Below, one piece after another: positions 45,250-54,898 of a stretch of DNA of 64,000 bases. The first letter of the stretch is position 1. Every line of letters starts with the position of its first letter. The stretch is from an uncultured Thermoleophilaceae bacterium. Its GTDB lineage: Bacteria; Actinomycetota; Thermoleophilia; Solirubrobacterales; Thermoleophilaceae. A program made the position numbers and the translations under genes. The stretch covers positions 631,440-695,439 of the forward strand of contig CAVRNY010000006.1 of assembly GCA_963722705.1 (NCBI GenBank). The letters run 5' to 3'. The notes under the pieces were generated by a model. The model worked only from the letters and a program-made list of their open reading frames with translations. It was not told the DNA's origin and did not search any database.

Positions 45250-46259
45250 GCGAGGCCGTGCGGGTCGGGGTCGTCGGCCTCGGCTACTGGGGCCCGAACC
45301 TGGCCCGCAACTTCGACCGGCTGCCGGGAGCGGAGCTGCGCGTGGCTCTGCGACGGATCGCCCGAGACGCCTCGAGCGGGTCGCCGCCGGCGTTCCCGGA
45401 CGCGCGCACGTCGGCGGACCTCGACGAGCTGCTGGCCGACGACTCGAGCTAGACGCGGTCGTCGTGGCCACGCCGGTGCCCACCCACGCGTCGATCGCGG
45501 AGCGGGTGCTGGCCGCGGGCAAGCACTGCTTCGTCGAGAAGCCGCTCGCGCAATCGGCGGCCGACGCCGAGCGGGTGGTGGACGCCGCCAAGGAGGCCGG
45601 GCGGGTGCTGATGGTCGGGCACCTGCTCGAGTACCACCCCGGGCTCGAGATGCTCAGGGACGTCGCCGACTCCGGCGAGCTCGGCGACATCCACTACATC
45701 TACGGCAACCGCCTGAACCTCGGCAAGCTGCGCGCCGAGGAGAACGCGCTCTGGAGCCTCGGCGCGCACGACGTGTCGGTGCGTGCTGCGCCTCGCCGGC
45801 GAGGAGCCGGTCGAGTGCACGGCGGTGGGCGAGTCCTACATGCGCGAGGGCGTCGAGGACGTGGTCTTCTGCTTCATGCGCTTCCCGTCGGGCCTCGCCG
45901 CGCACCTGCACCTCTCCTGGCTCGATCCCGCACAAGGAGCGCCGCTTCACGGTGGTCGGATCGAAGAAGATGGCCACGTTCGACGACATGGAGCTCGAGC
46001 GCAAGCTCACCGTGTACGACAAGGGCTTCGACGAGGACTTCTCCTCGTACGGCGAGTACATCGCCCGCTCGGGCGACATCCACAGCCCGCGCGTCCCCAA
46101 CGACGAGCCGCTGCGGATCGAGTGCGGCCACTTCGTGCGAGTGCGATCCGGGAGGGGTCGACGCCGCGCTCCGACGGCGAGAGCGGGCTGCGCGTCGTCC
46201 GCGTGCTCGAGGAGCTGCAGCGCTCCCTCGACGAGAGCCGGCGTGCTCAGCCCGTCTGA
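45246..46259 (+). pseudogene. Gfo/Idh/MocA family oxidoreductase (WbpB-like; frame breaks)
   Basis: GTGA overlap with the dehydrogenase stop. VRVGVVGLGYWGPNLARNF, VVATPVPTHASIAERVLAAGKHCFVEKPLA...VLMVGHLLEYHPG, FTVVGSKKMATFDD, IECGHFVECIREG and SGLRVVRVLEELQRSL. Confidence 0.8.
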
Positions 46260-46959
46260 CCGGGCGCCGGGCCTGCTGCTCGGGCGAGGACGTCGCGCTC
46301 CGCCGAGTCGTCGAGGTGGGGGGCAACGTGGTGATCCACGCGGGCACCGTCGATCGGCGAGCGGGGCCCGGATCCAGGACGGCGCCGTGATCGGCAAGCC
46401 GCTCGTGCTCGGCCCCGCCTCGACCGCCTCCGCGGAGGAGCCCGCGGCCGCCGAGCATCGGAGCCGGCGCCACCGTGTGCGCCGGCGCCGTGGTGGTGGC
46501 GGGCGCGCGGATCGGCGATCGGCGCGGTGGTGGGCGACCAGGCGCAGGTGCGCGAGCGGGCGGTGATCGGCGGGCGAAGACCGTGGTGGGCCGCGGATCG
46601 GCGGTGGACAACGACGTGACGATCGGCGCCCGCGTGCGGATCCAGACCGGCTGCTACATCACGGCGTTCTCGGAGATCGAGGACGACGTGTTCGTGGCGC
46701 CCGGGGTCACGCTCACCAACGACGACACGATGGGCCGCCACGGCCCGGAGTACAAGCTGCGCGGCGCGCGCTGCGGCGCGCCTGCCGGGTGGGCGGCGGT
46801 GCCGTGCTCACACCGGGCGTCGAGGTCGGCGAGGAGGCGTTCGTGGCCGCGGGCGCCGTGGTCGTGCGCGACGTGCCGGCGCGGGCGGTCGTGATGGGCG
46901 TGCCGGCTCGCGAGGTGCGCGAGGTGCTGGACGAGGATCTGCTGGAGCGGTGGCGGTGA
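46243..46959 (+). pseudogene. Hexapeptide-repeat acetyltransferase (WbpD-like; frame breaks; start tentative)
   Basis: Left-handed beta-helix repeats VEVGGNVVIHAGTVIG, IQDGAVIGKP, ATVCAGAVVVAGARIG, VVGRGSAVDNDVTIGARVRIQTGCYIT and GGGAVLTPGVEVGEEAFVAAGAVVVRDVP lie in several frames. TGA is at 46957..46959. Confidence 0.72.
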
Positions 46960-47634
46960 GGCGCCGTCGCCACGCGGCCGCTCGCGCTCCTCGACGACCG
47001 GCTCACGCTGGCGCTCGGCGCGGTGGCCGCCACGGCCGTCGCGGCGGTGGTTGCGGTGGAGGTGGGGCGGGTGTGGCTGCGGGGGAGCGCCCCCGCGCTC
47101 GACCGAGACCGAGGATCCCCTGCACGCCGCCGCGGAGGCGGTGGTCGAGACCGCCGAGGTGGCGCGCGCCGGCTACCGCGAGGGCTCCACCCGCGAGAAC
47201 GCGATCTTCAACCTGCTCACCTCGTTCGTCATCACGTTCGTCTCCGCGCGGGCGATCGACGGCCCTGCTGCGCGGGCGCAGGCGGGTCGGGCCGTTCCGT
47301 GACCTGAGGTTCGGCCGCCGCCACATCCACCACTTCGTGCCCGGGATCGTGCTCGCGTTCGTGCGCCGGCGCCGCCGCGATCGTCTCGCGTAACGAGGAG
47401 CTCGAGCCGTGGCTCGCGCTTCCGTTCGGGGTCGGGATGGGCCTGACCCTGGACGAGTCGGCGCTGCTGCTGGAGCTCGACGACGTCTACTGGTCCGAGG
47501 AGGGGATCGTGAGCGTGCAGATCACGCTCGCGGTCACGGCGATGCTGGCCGCGGGCGCCCTGGCCGGCCGGTTCCTGCGCCGCGGCGAGCAGCGCCGTGC
47601 TCGGAGCACGAGACTGCCAGCGGTCGCGCAGTAG
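46956..47634 (+). pseudogene. Hypothetical membrane protein (frame breaks)
   Basis: LTLALGAVAATAVAAVVAVEVG, ENAIFNLLTSFVITFVSARAI, FGRRHIHHFVPGIVLAFV and PFGVGMGLTLDESALLLELDDVYWSEEGIVSVQITLAVTAMLAAG (track ORF 47437..47634). Confidence 0.4.
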
Positions 47635-47635
47635 A

Positions 47636-48360
47636 GTGGCGCCCGTGGAGTCAGGCGACGATCCGCAAGGGGCCGCAGAGCCCCGCGCCAGGGCGAGCCG
47701 TCAGGCGCCGCAGAGCCCGGCAGGGCCACAGAGTCCCGCGGGCCCTCAGGCTCCGGCTCCGAGCGTTCCGCCACCGCCCCCTCCCGGCCCCGAGACCGTC
47801 GGTGCGCCGCCCGGCGCCCGGCTACGGCGGTCCCGTGCCCCCGGGTGGCTGGCACCAGCCCGCGGCGCCCGGGCCTCCTCCGCTCCCGGGTCAGGGCCAG
47901 CTGGCGAGCTGGGGCAGCCGCCTCGGGCGCGACGCTCATCGACGCCCTGATCCTGCTGGTGCCCACGGTGGTCTGCTGATTGCGGTCGTGGTCGGCCGTC
48001 GCGCTCGGCAGCGAGGTGGCGAGGGCGTCGTCGTCGGCGCATCGTGCCAGCTTCCTGGTCTTCGTGCTCGTGTTCCTGCTGCTCTACGCGCCGCTCCTGA
48101 TGATGCGCCAGGGCGAGCACAACGGCCAGACCTGGGGCAAGCAGGTGCTGGGGATACGCGTGATCCGCGACAACGGCCAGCCGTTCGACTTCGGGTCCGC
48201 GGCGCTGCGCGAGATAGTCCTGAAGACCCTCGCCGTGGGGATCGCCTCGTCGATCATTCCCCTGATCCCCTGGTTCCTCAACTACTTCTGGCCCCTCTGG
48301 GACGACCAGAACCGCGCGCTCCACGACATGGGCGCCTCGACCCACGTCGTCAAGGCCTGA
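47636..48360 (+). pseudogene. RDD family membrane protein with a Pro-rich N-terminus (frame breaks)
   Basis: The Pro-rich start (PQSPAGPQSPAGPQAPAPSVPPPPPPGP) leads into ASWGSRLGATLIDALILLVP. Track ORF 47980..48360 carries the core LMMRQGEHNGQTWGKQVLGIRVIRDNG...ALREIV...WPLWDDQNRALHDM. Confidence 0.7.
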
Positions 48361-48362
48361 GC

Positions 48363-49705
<1,343 letters not shown>

Positions 49706-50444
49706 TCAGCCGCCCGGAGCCAGGCGGAGGTCGGGTCCCATGATCGGGATCGGCTCGCCGCAGATCTCGGCGAGACGGGAGACGGTCCGCGCGCCGACCT
49801 GCTCGCGCAGCGCGTCGAGGTCGGTGGTGTTCGTGGTCACGACGATCGAGCGCTCGTCCTGCCAGCGCTCGTTGACGATCGAGTAGAGCTGCTCGAGCAC
49901 CCAGTCGGTTCGCTTCTCGGCGCCGAGGTCGTCCAGATGGAGGAGGTCGACCGAGCAGAGCTCGCGGAACAGGCCCATGTAGGAGTCGCCGCGCATCCCG
50001 GTCGTAGGTCTCCTTGATCTCGGCCAGCAGCCGCGTGACGGGGTAGATCGCCACGGACCGGCCGGCTCGCTCGGCCGCCTGTGACACGAGCATCGCGAGC
50101 GATGTCTTGCCGGTGCCCACGTCGCCGGCGAACCAGAGGCCCCGGCCCTCGTCCAGGTTGCCCTCCACCTGCTCGACGTAGGCGCGCACGTGGCGGAGGA
50201 CGAACGGATCGAGGTCGCACACCGGCTTGCGGTCGAAGGAGACGCCCCGGAACCGCTTCGGGATGCCCGTGCCCATTCCGCGGCTGAGCGCCCGCCCGAT
50301 CATCTTCTCCCGGCAGTCGCAGGGCTCGGTGTGGTCGTCCTCGCGCAGGATCCAGCCGCTGCCGTCGCAGACGCCGAGCGGGCAGGACGCGCCGCGAGCG
50401 GCCTCGCCGTCGTCGCGGCCCGGATCCGGGACGGGACGCAGCAC
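49706..50444 (-). pseudogene. DnaC/DnaI-like AAA+ ATPase (putative helicase loader; one frame break near 50000)
   Basis: GTG 50444 lies 3 nt after the dnaB stop. N-terminal Cys cluster CPLGVCDGSGW...PCDC. Walker A GDVGTGKTSLA. After the break (track ORF 49706..49996), Walker B LLHLDDLGAEK and sensor IVVTTN. No IS21 transposase lies nearby. Confidence 0.75.
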
Positions 50445-50447
50445 GCG

Positions 50448-51821
50448 CTACCCGGCTGCCGCAGCGGTGGCCGCGGTACGGTCGCGCGCGATGCTGGCGA
50501 ACTTCGGATAGCGCTCGAGGAAGGTGAGCTCGATCGACCCGACCGGCCCGTTGCGGTGCTTGCCGATGATCACGTCGGCCACGCCGGGCTTCTCCGAGGC
50601 ATCGCCGTTGTAGTACTCGTCGCGGTAGACGAACATCACCAGGTCGGCGTCCTGCTCGATGTTGCCGCTCTCGCGCAGGTCGGCCATCAGCGGCTTCTTG
50701 TCCGGTCGAGCCTCGACCGCTCGCGACAGCTGGGAGATCGCGATCACCGGGATGTTGAGCTCCCGGGCGAGGATCTTGAGCCCACGGCTCATCTTGCCGA
50801 CCTGCTCGACGCGGCCGTCGCGGGGGTCCTCCGGGCGCATCAGCTGGAGGTAGTCGATGATCAGCAGTCCGAGCGGGTGGCGCTGGTGGAGGCGCCGAGC
50901 CTTGGCGCGCAGCTCCAGCACGCCGATGTCGCTCGAGTCGTCGATGAACAGGGGCGCCTTGGTGAGCTTCTCGGTGGCGGCGAGCACCTTGGGCCACTGC
51001 TCGGACTTCACCCGTCCCTTGCGAAGCGACTCGCCGTTGATCTTGCCCCTGGAGGCGATGAAGCGCTGGGCCAGCTCCCCCTCCGACATCTCGAGCGAGA
51101 ACAGGGCGACCGCCCGACCGTGGTCGACGGCCGCGTTCTCTGCGATGCAGGTGGCGAGCGAGCTCTTCCCCATCGCCGGCCTCGCGGCCAGCACGATCAG
51201 GTTGCCCGGCTGGAAGCCGCCCGTGATCTCGTCCAGGTCGTGGTACCCGGACGGCGTGCCCGTGAGCGACTGGCCCTCCTTGGAGAGGCGCTGAAGCTTG
51301 TCGATCTCCTCGTGGAGCACGTCCTCGATCGACTTCAGCTGGCCGGACTCCTCGTCGTGGCCGGCGCGGAAGATGGCCTGCTCGGCCTGCTCGACCAGCG
51401 CGCGGGGATCGCCCCCGTCGGTCATCACGCGCTCCTGGATCTCGCGTGCCGAGTTCAGCAGCCGGCGCAGGATCGAGTGGTCGCGCACGATCTTCGCGTA
51501 GTCGCGCACCGCGTGGACGGAGGGCACCAGCGTGGGCAGCTGGTGCACGTAGGCCTGGCCGCCCGCCTCCTCCAGCTTGCCCTCGCGGCGGAGATCGTCG
51601 CAGACGGTGATCGCGTCGATCGCCTCCGGCTCCGCCTTCTGCTTCAGCCGGAGCATCGCGCGGAAGATCAGCTGATGGCGAGGCCGGTAGAAGTCGTCGG
51701 CGGTGAGGTGGAGGTCCACCAGGATCTGGTCGAGCGCCTGCTCGGTCATCAGCACCGTGCCGAGCACGGCGACCTCGGCCTCCTCGTTCTGCGGGGGCAC
51801 GCTGCCGTTCGGCTCAGCCAC
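50448..51821 (-). CDS. dnaB: Replicative DNA helicase DnaB
   Basis: Intact 457-aa ORF. Walker A ARPAMGKSSLA, Walker B LLIIDYLQLM, plus the N-terminal DnaB domain. No intein. Confidence 0.95.
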   Translation of the reverse strand: MAEPNGSVPPQNEEAEVAVLGTVLMTEQALDQILVDLHLTADDFYRPRHQLIFRAMLRLKQKAEPEAIDAITVCDDLRREGKLEEAGGQAYVHQLPTLVPSVHAVRDYAKIVRDHSILRRLLNSAREIQERVMTDGGDPRALVEQAEQAIFRAGHDEESGQLKSIEDVLHEEIDKLQRLSKEGQSLTGTPSGYHDLDEITGGFQPGNLIVLAARPAMGKSSLATCIAENAAVDHGRAVALFSLEMSEGELAQRFIASRGKINGESLRKGRVKSEQWPKVLAATEKLTKAPLFIDDSSDIGVLELRAKARRLHQRHPLGLLIIDYLQLMRPEDPRDGRVEQVGKMSRGLKILARELNIPVIAISQLSRAVEARPDKKPLMADLRESGNIEQDADLVMFVYRDEYYNGDASEKPGVADVIIGKHRNGPVGSIELTFLERYPKFASIARDRTAATAAAAG

Positions 51822-51857
51822 CGGGCACCCCCGCGATGCGGCTCTGGGAGCCGGCGG

Positions 51858-52307
51858 CTACTCGGCGGTGACGATCGTCTTCACGTCCGCCGTGACGCCG
51901 TCGGCCACCTCCACGGTGACCATGTGCGTGCCGGTGGACTTGATCGGCTCGGCGAGCTGCACGCGGCGCTTGTCGAGCTTCACGCCCCGGGCCTGCTTCA
52001 CCGCGTCCACGATCTCCTGCGCGGTGACCGAGCCGAAAAGGCGCCCGTCGTCGCCCGCCTGGTGCGAGATGGTGAGCACGGTCTTGCGCAGCAGCCCCGC
52101 CGTCTCCGACGCGCGCTCGGTCTGCTCCGCGGCCGCGCGCTCGGCCGCCTCCGCCCGCCGCTCCGCCTCGGCCAGCGACGCCGTGGTGGCGGGCTGCGCG
52201 AGCTTGCGGGGCACCAGGTAGTTGCGCAGGTACCCGTCGGCCACGTCCACGACGTCGCCGCGCTCGCCCAGCGTCTCCACCGGCTGCAGAAGGATCGCCT
52301 GTGCCAT
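51858..52307 (-). CDS. rplI: 50S ribosomal protein L9
   Basis: Intact 149-aa ORF: MAQAILLQPVETLGERGDVVDVADGYLRNYLVPRKLA. Confidence 0.95.
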   Translation of the reverse strand: MAQAILLQPVETLGERGDVVDVADGYLRNYLVPRKLAQPATTASLAEAERRAEAAERAAAEQTERASETAGLLRKTVLTISHQAGDDGRLFGSVTAQEIVDAVKQARGVKLDKRRVQLAEPIKSTGTHMVTVEVADGVTADVKTIVTAE

Positions 52308-52467
52308 CGCCGGCGCATCCTATAGACGAGCTCATCTCAGCCCCCCGGACCCCAGGACCAGGCACCAAACGGGCGCACGGAAGCGAGGGCCCGCGCCACA
52401 CGGCGGACGTCCGCGGCTTGCACGTCAGCGCCCTCGGAGCTCCGTAGGATCGCGGTGGAGGTTCTCC

Positions 52468-52929
52468 CTAGAACGGAATGTCGTCTTCGCCGCCGCCGGA
52501 CCCGCCGGGCGCGGGCGTGCTCTGGAAATCGCTCGTATCGGCCGGGACGTCGCTCTGGGGAGCGAAGCGCGAGCCGTTGCCCTCCCCGCCCTCGCGGGAG
52601 CCGAGGAACTGGACCGAGTCCGCGATGATGTCGACGGACTGGCGCTTGTTCCCGTCCTTGTCCTGCCACTCGCGCCACTCGAGGCGGCCGTCGACGGCCA
52701 CCGGGCGGCCCTTCGACAGGTAGGTCGCGCAGTTCTCGCCCTGTGCGCCCCAGACGGTGACGTCGAAGTAGTTGGGCTTGTCGACCCACTCGCCCGAGGC
52801 GTCCTTGCGACGGGTGTTGCAGGCCACTCGCAGCGAGCAGACGGCTGTGCCGCTCGGCGTCGAGCGCAGTTCGGGGTCGCGCGTGAGGTTGCCCGTGAGG
52901 ACGACCCGGTTGATGTTCGTAGCTGCCAT
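52468..52929 (-). CDS. ssb: Single-stranded DNA-binding protein
   Basis: Intact 153-aa ORF. OB-fold NRVVLTGNLTRDPELR...FFDVTVWG, a Gly-rich linker and an acidic tip DDIPF. GAAGGAG lies before the ATG. Confidence 0.95.
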   Translation of the reverse strand: MAATNINRVVLTGNLTRDPELRSTPSGTAVCSLRVACNTRRKDASGEWVDKPNYFDVTVWGAQGENCATYLSKGRPVAVDGRLEWREWQDKDGNKRQSVDIIADSVQFLGSREGGEGNGSRFAPQSDVPADTSDFQSTPAPGGSGGGEDDIPF

Positions 52930-53057
52930 CTAGAAGCTCCTTCGGTAGGGCTGGGAAGATCTGGGAGGCTGACTTTCGAGAGTACCCATGGGGTCGGCGA
53001 GGTTGGGCGGGGGCTGACACGAAGTTGCAGGAATGTCGGTGGCTTTTCTCGCGGGCG

Positions 53058-53928
53058 TCACGTTTGGCGCGCTTCTGTGCGCCGCACGCCGATCACGCAC
53101 GCCCAGTGCCGGGGGTCCACCCGCGTCTCGAAACCGAGCGCCGCAAGGTCCGCCTCGCACTCCTCGACCGTGTACGGATCGTGGACCTCCACGTTCACGG
53201 AGCGCACGCGGCTGGCCCACCCGGTCTCCTCGCGCAGCAGCTCGCGCTCGGCCCCCTCCACGTCGATCTTCGCGTAGTCCACCACCGCGCCGGCGCCGTC
53301 GAGCGCCAGCAGCGACAGGGGCGAGATCGCGTGGACGGGGGTCACGGCGGGGTCGGCCTCCATCGGCGCGGGGGTGAGGTGGTGGCCGGAGGTGGCCCCG
53401 GCGAGCCGCAGGTAGCGCATCTCCCCGTCGCGCGGGTACACGGCGGCCTCGATCACCTCGCAGCGCTCCGCCCACGGCTCCAGGTTCGAGCGGGCCAGCG
53501 CGGCGTTCTCGGCATCGAGCTCCACGCCGACCACCCTGGCCCCCGGGTGGCGCTCGGCGATGTCCGCCATGGTCAGGCCGATGTTCGCCCCGAGGTCCCA
53601 CACCAGGCCGAGGCCCTCGCCGGCCACCTCCGGCGGAGGCAGGTGATAGCGGCCGGCGAACGTCCCCCAAACGGTGTCCACGTCGGAGGTGCTGGGGCGC
53701 ACGCAGCACCTCCCGGCCCCCGAGCGGCCGCAGCCGCATCCTCACGACGCGCCCGTTAGAGCCCTCGTGGTGCCGGATCCGGCTGAGTCTCAGGTAGGTG
53801 CCGAAGCTGCGCGGCCCGGCCGTGACCCGGGTCGCGACGTAGGCCAGCCGCAGGAGCGTCTGGACCGGCGCGGGGAGGGAGGCGAGCAGCCGCCCGAAGC
53901 GGTCCCGGCGAGCGCCGGAGCCGGTCAC
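53058..53928 (-). pseudogene. FkbM family methyltransferase (one frame break near 53700)
   Basis: The N-terminal 75 or so aa come from the frame of track ORF 52930..53928 (MTGSGARRDRFGRLL...RMRLRPLGGREVL). The core is track ORF 53058..53702 (VWDLGANIGLTMADIAERHPGARVVGVELD...YAKIDVEGAERELL). The ATG overlaps the rpsF stop by 4 bp. Confidence 0.75.
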
Positions 53929-54434
53929 TCCTCGACGGCTGCGGCCTGCTCGGGCTCGGGCTCGGGAGCCGGGTCCGGCTCCGCGGGTGCTTCGGCGGCA
54001 GCGGGCTGTTCGGCCACCTCGCCCGGCTCGGCGTCGGGAGCCGCGTCCGGCTCGGCGTCGGCCGCGGCGCGGGCGGCCACGCGGCCGTCGGGCTCCTCGT
54101 CGCGGCGAGCGCGGATCGGCTCCGGGCTCGGCGGCACCGGCGGCGCGCCGGGCGGCTGGCGGATGATCCGGTAGCGCAGCACGCCGTCCATGATCTTCAG
54201 GCTGTGGTTCAGCCGGTCGAGGAGCGGGTTCTCGCCCTCGAACTGGAACAGGTGGTAGGCGGCCTCGGGCCGGTGGTCGATCTCGAACGCGATCCGGCGG
54301 CTTCCCCAGTCATGGGCGCCGACCACGGTTCCGCCACCGGTGAGCATCGACTCGACCTCGCCCACGATCGCCTTCTGGCGGTCCTCGGGGGCGCTCGCGT
54401 CGATGAGCAGCATCAGGTCGTACAGCTGTGCCAT
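53925..54434 (-). CDS. rpsF: 30S ribosomal protein S6 with a long acidic Pro/Ala/Glu-rich C-terminal tail
   Basis: MAQLYDLMLLIDAS...WGSRRIAFEIDHRPEAAYHLFQFEG, then about 70 aa of PAPEPE-type tail. The track ORF starts 12 nt upstream, at GTG 54446. Confidence 0.9.
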   Translation of the reverse strand: MAQLYDLMLLIDASAPEDRQKAIVGEVESMLTGGGTVVGAHDWGSRRIAFEIDHRPEAAYHLFQFEGENPLLDRLNHSLKIMDGVLRYRIIRQPPGAPPVPPSPEPIRARRDEEPDGRVAARAAADAEPDAAPDAEPGEVAEQPAAAEAPAEPDPAPEPEPEQAAAVEE

Positions 54435-54494
54435 AGGGCGCGGCACGATAGCAGCGGGGGGGCGAGTCCCGAGGGGCCCGCGCCTAGGAAAGAC

Positions 54495-54860
54495 GTGGCA
54501 AGGCGGCGCTCACAAGCGGCCCCCGGCCTGCTTCGCAGGGTCCGCTGGACCAACCTCGCCCGCCTGGCCGCCCTACTGGCAGCCGCGACCCTGATCGCGC
54601 TCGGCCAGACCACCCCCCAGAAACCCCCAAGCCCCCCGCGAGAACCCCGACCACCGGCCCCAGAGTCACCCCCAGCCCCACGCCTCACCCCACCAAAGCC
54701 GAACCCGCCGCCACGTCCGAAGCGAAGCCGAAAGCCGGCAAAGCGCCCCAAGGCCGCAAACCAACCGCCACGTACCGAACCTCTGGTGCCGCCAAGCCGC
54801 CCGCAGCCAACCGCACCGACCCCCGCACCGGCCGAATTCACACCCGACCCCGGCCCCTAG
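54495..54860 (+). CDS. Hypothetical Pro-rich protein with one TM helix
   Basis: In-frame GTG 54495 within track ORF 54204..54860, whose 5' part is antisense to rpsF. WTNLARLAALLAAATLIALG, then PPSPPREPRPPAPESPPAPRLTPPKPNPPPRPK. In GC-rich DNA, low complexity like this could be spurious. Confidence 0.3.
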   Translation: MARRRSQAAPGLLRRVRWTNLARLAALLAAATLIALGQTTPQKPPSPPREPRPPAPESPPAPRLTPPKPNPPPRPKRSRKPAKRPKAANQPPRTEPLVPPSRPQPTAPTPAPAEFTPDPGP

Positions 54861-54898
54861 CAACTAGCAACTAGCGACTAGAACTACGAACTCCGAAC
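54858..54898. repeat. TAGCRAC heptamer array between convergent genes (stops in all six frames)
   Basis: TAGCAAC TAGCAAC TAGCGAC TAGAAC TACGAAC TCCGAAC. It contains the TAG stop of 54495..54860 and, as CTA at 54884..54886, the stop of otsA. Confidence 0.6.

Noticed and set aside
49706-50444. IstB-like ATPase as a remnant of an IS21-family insertion sequence
   Set aside because: No IstA transposase, inverted repeats or target duplication are visible. The gene starts 3 nt after dnaB on the same strand. It is retained as a putative helicase-loader finding instead.
50190-52325. 711-aa plus-strand ORF
   Set aside because: It is antisense to the intact dnaB and rplI genes. It shows the characteristic mirror-frame composition (many L, V, A, R, D, E, H, G) with no motifs.
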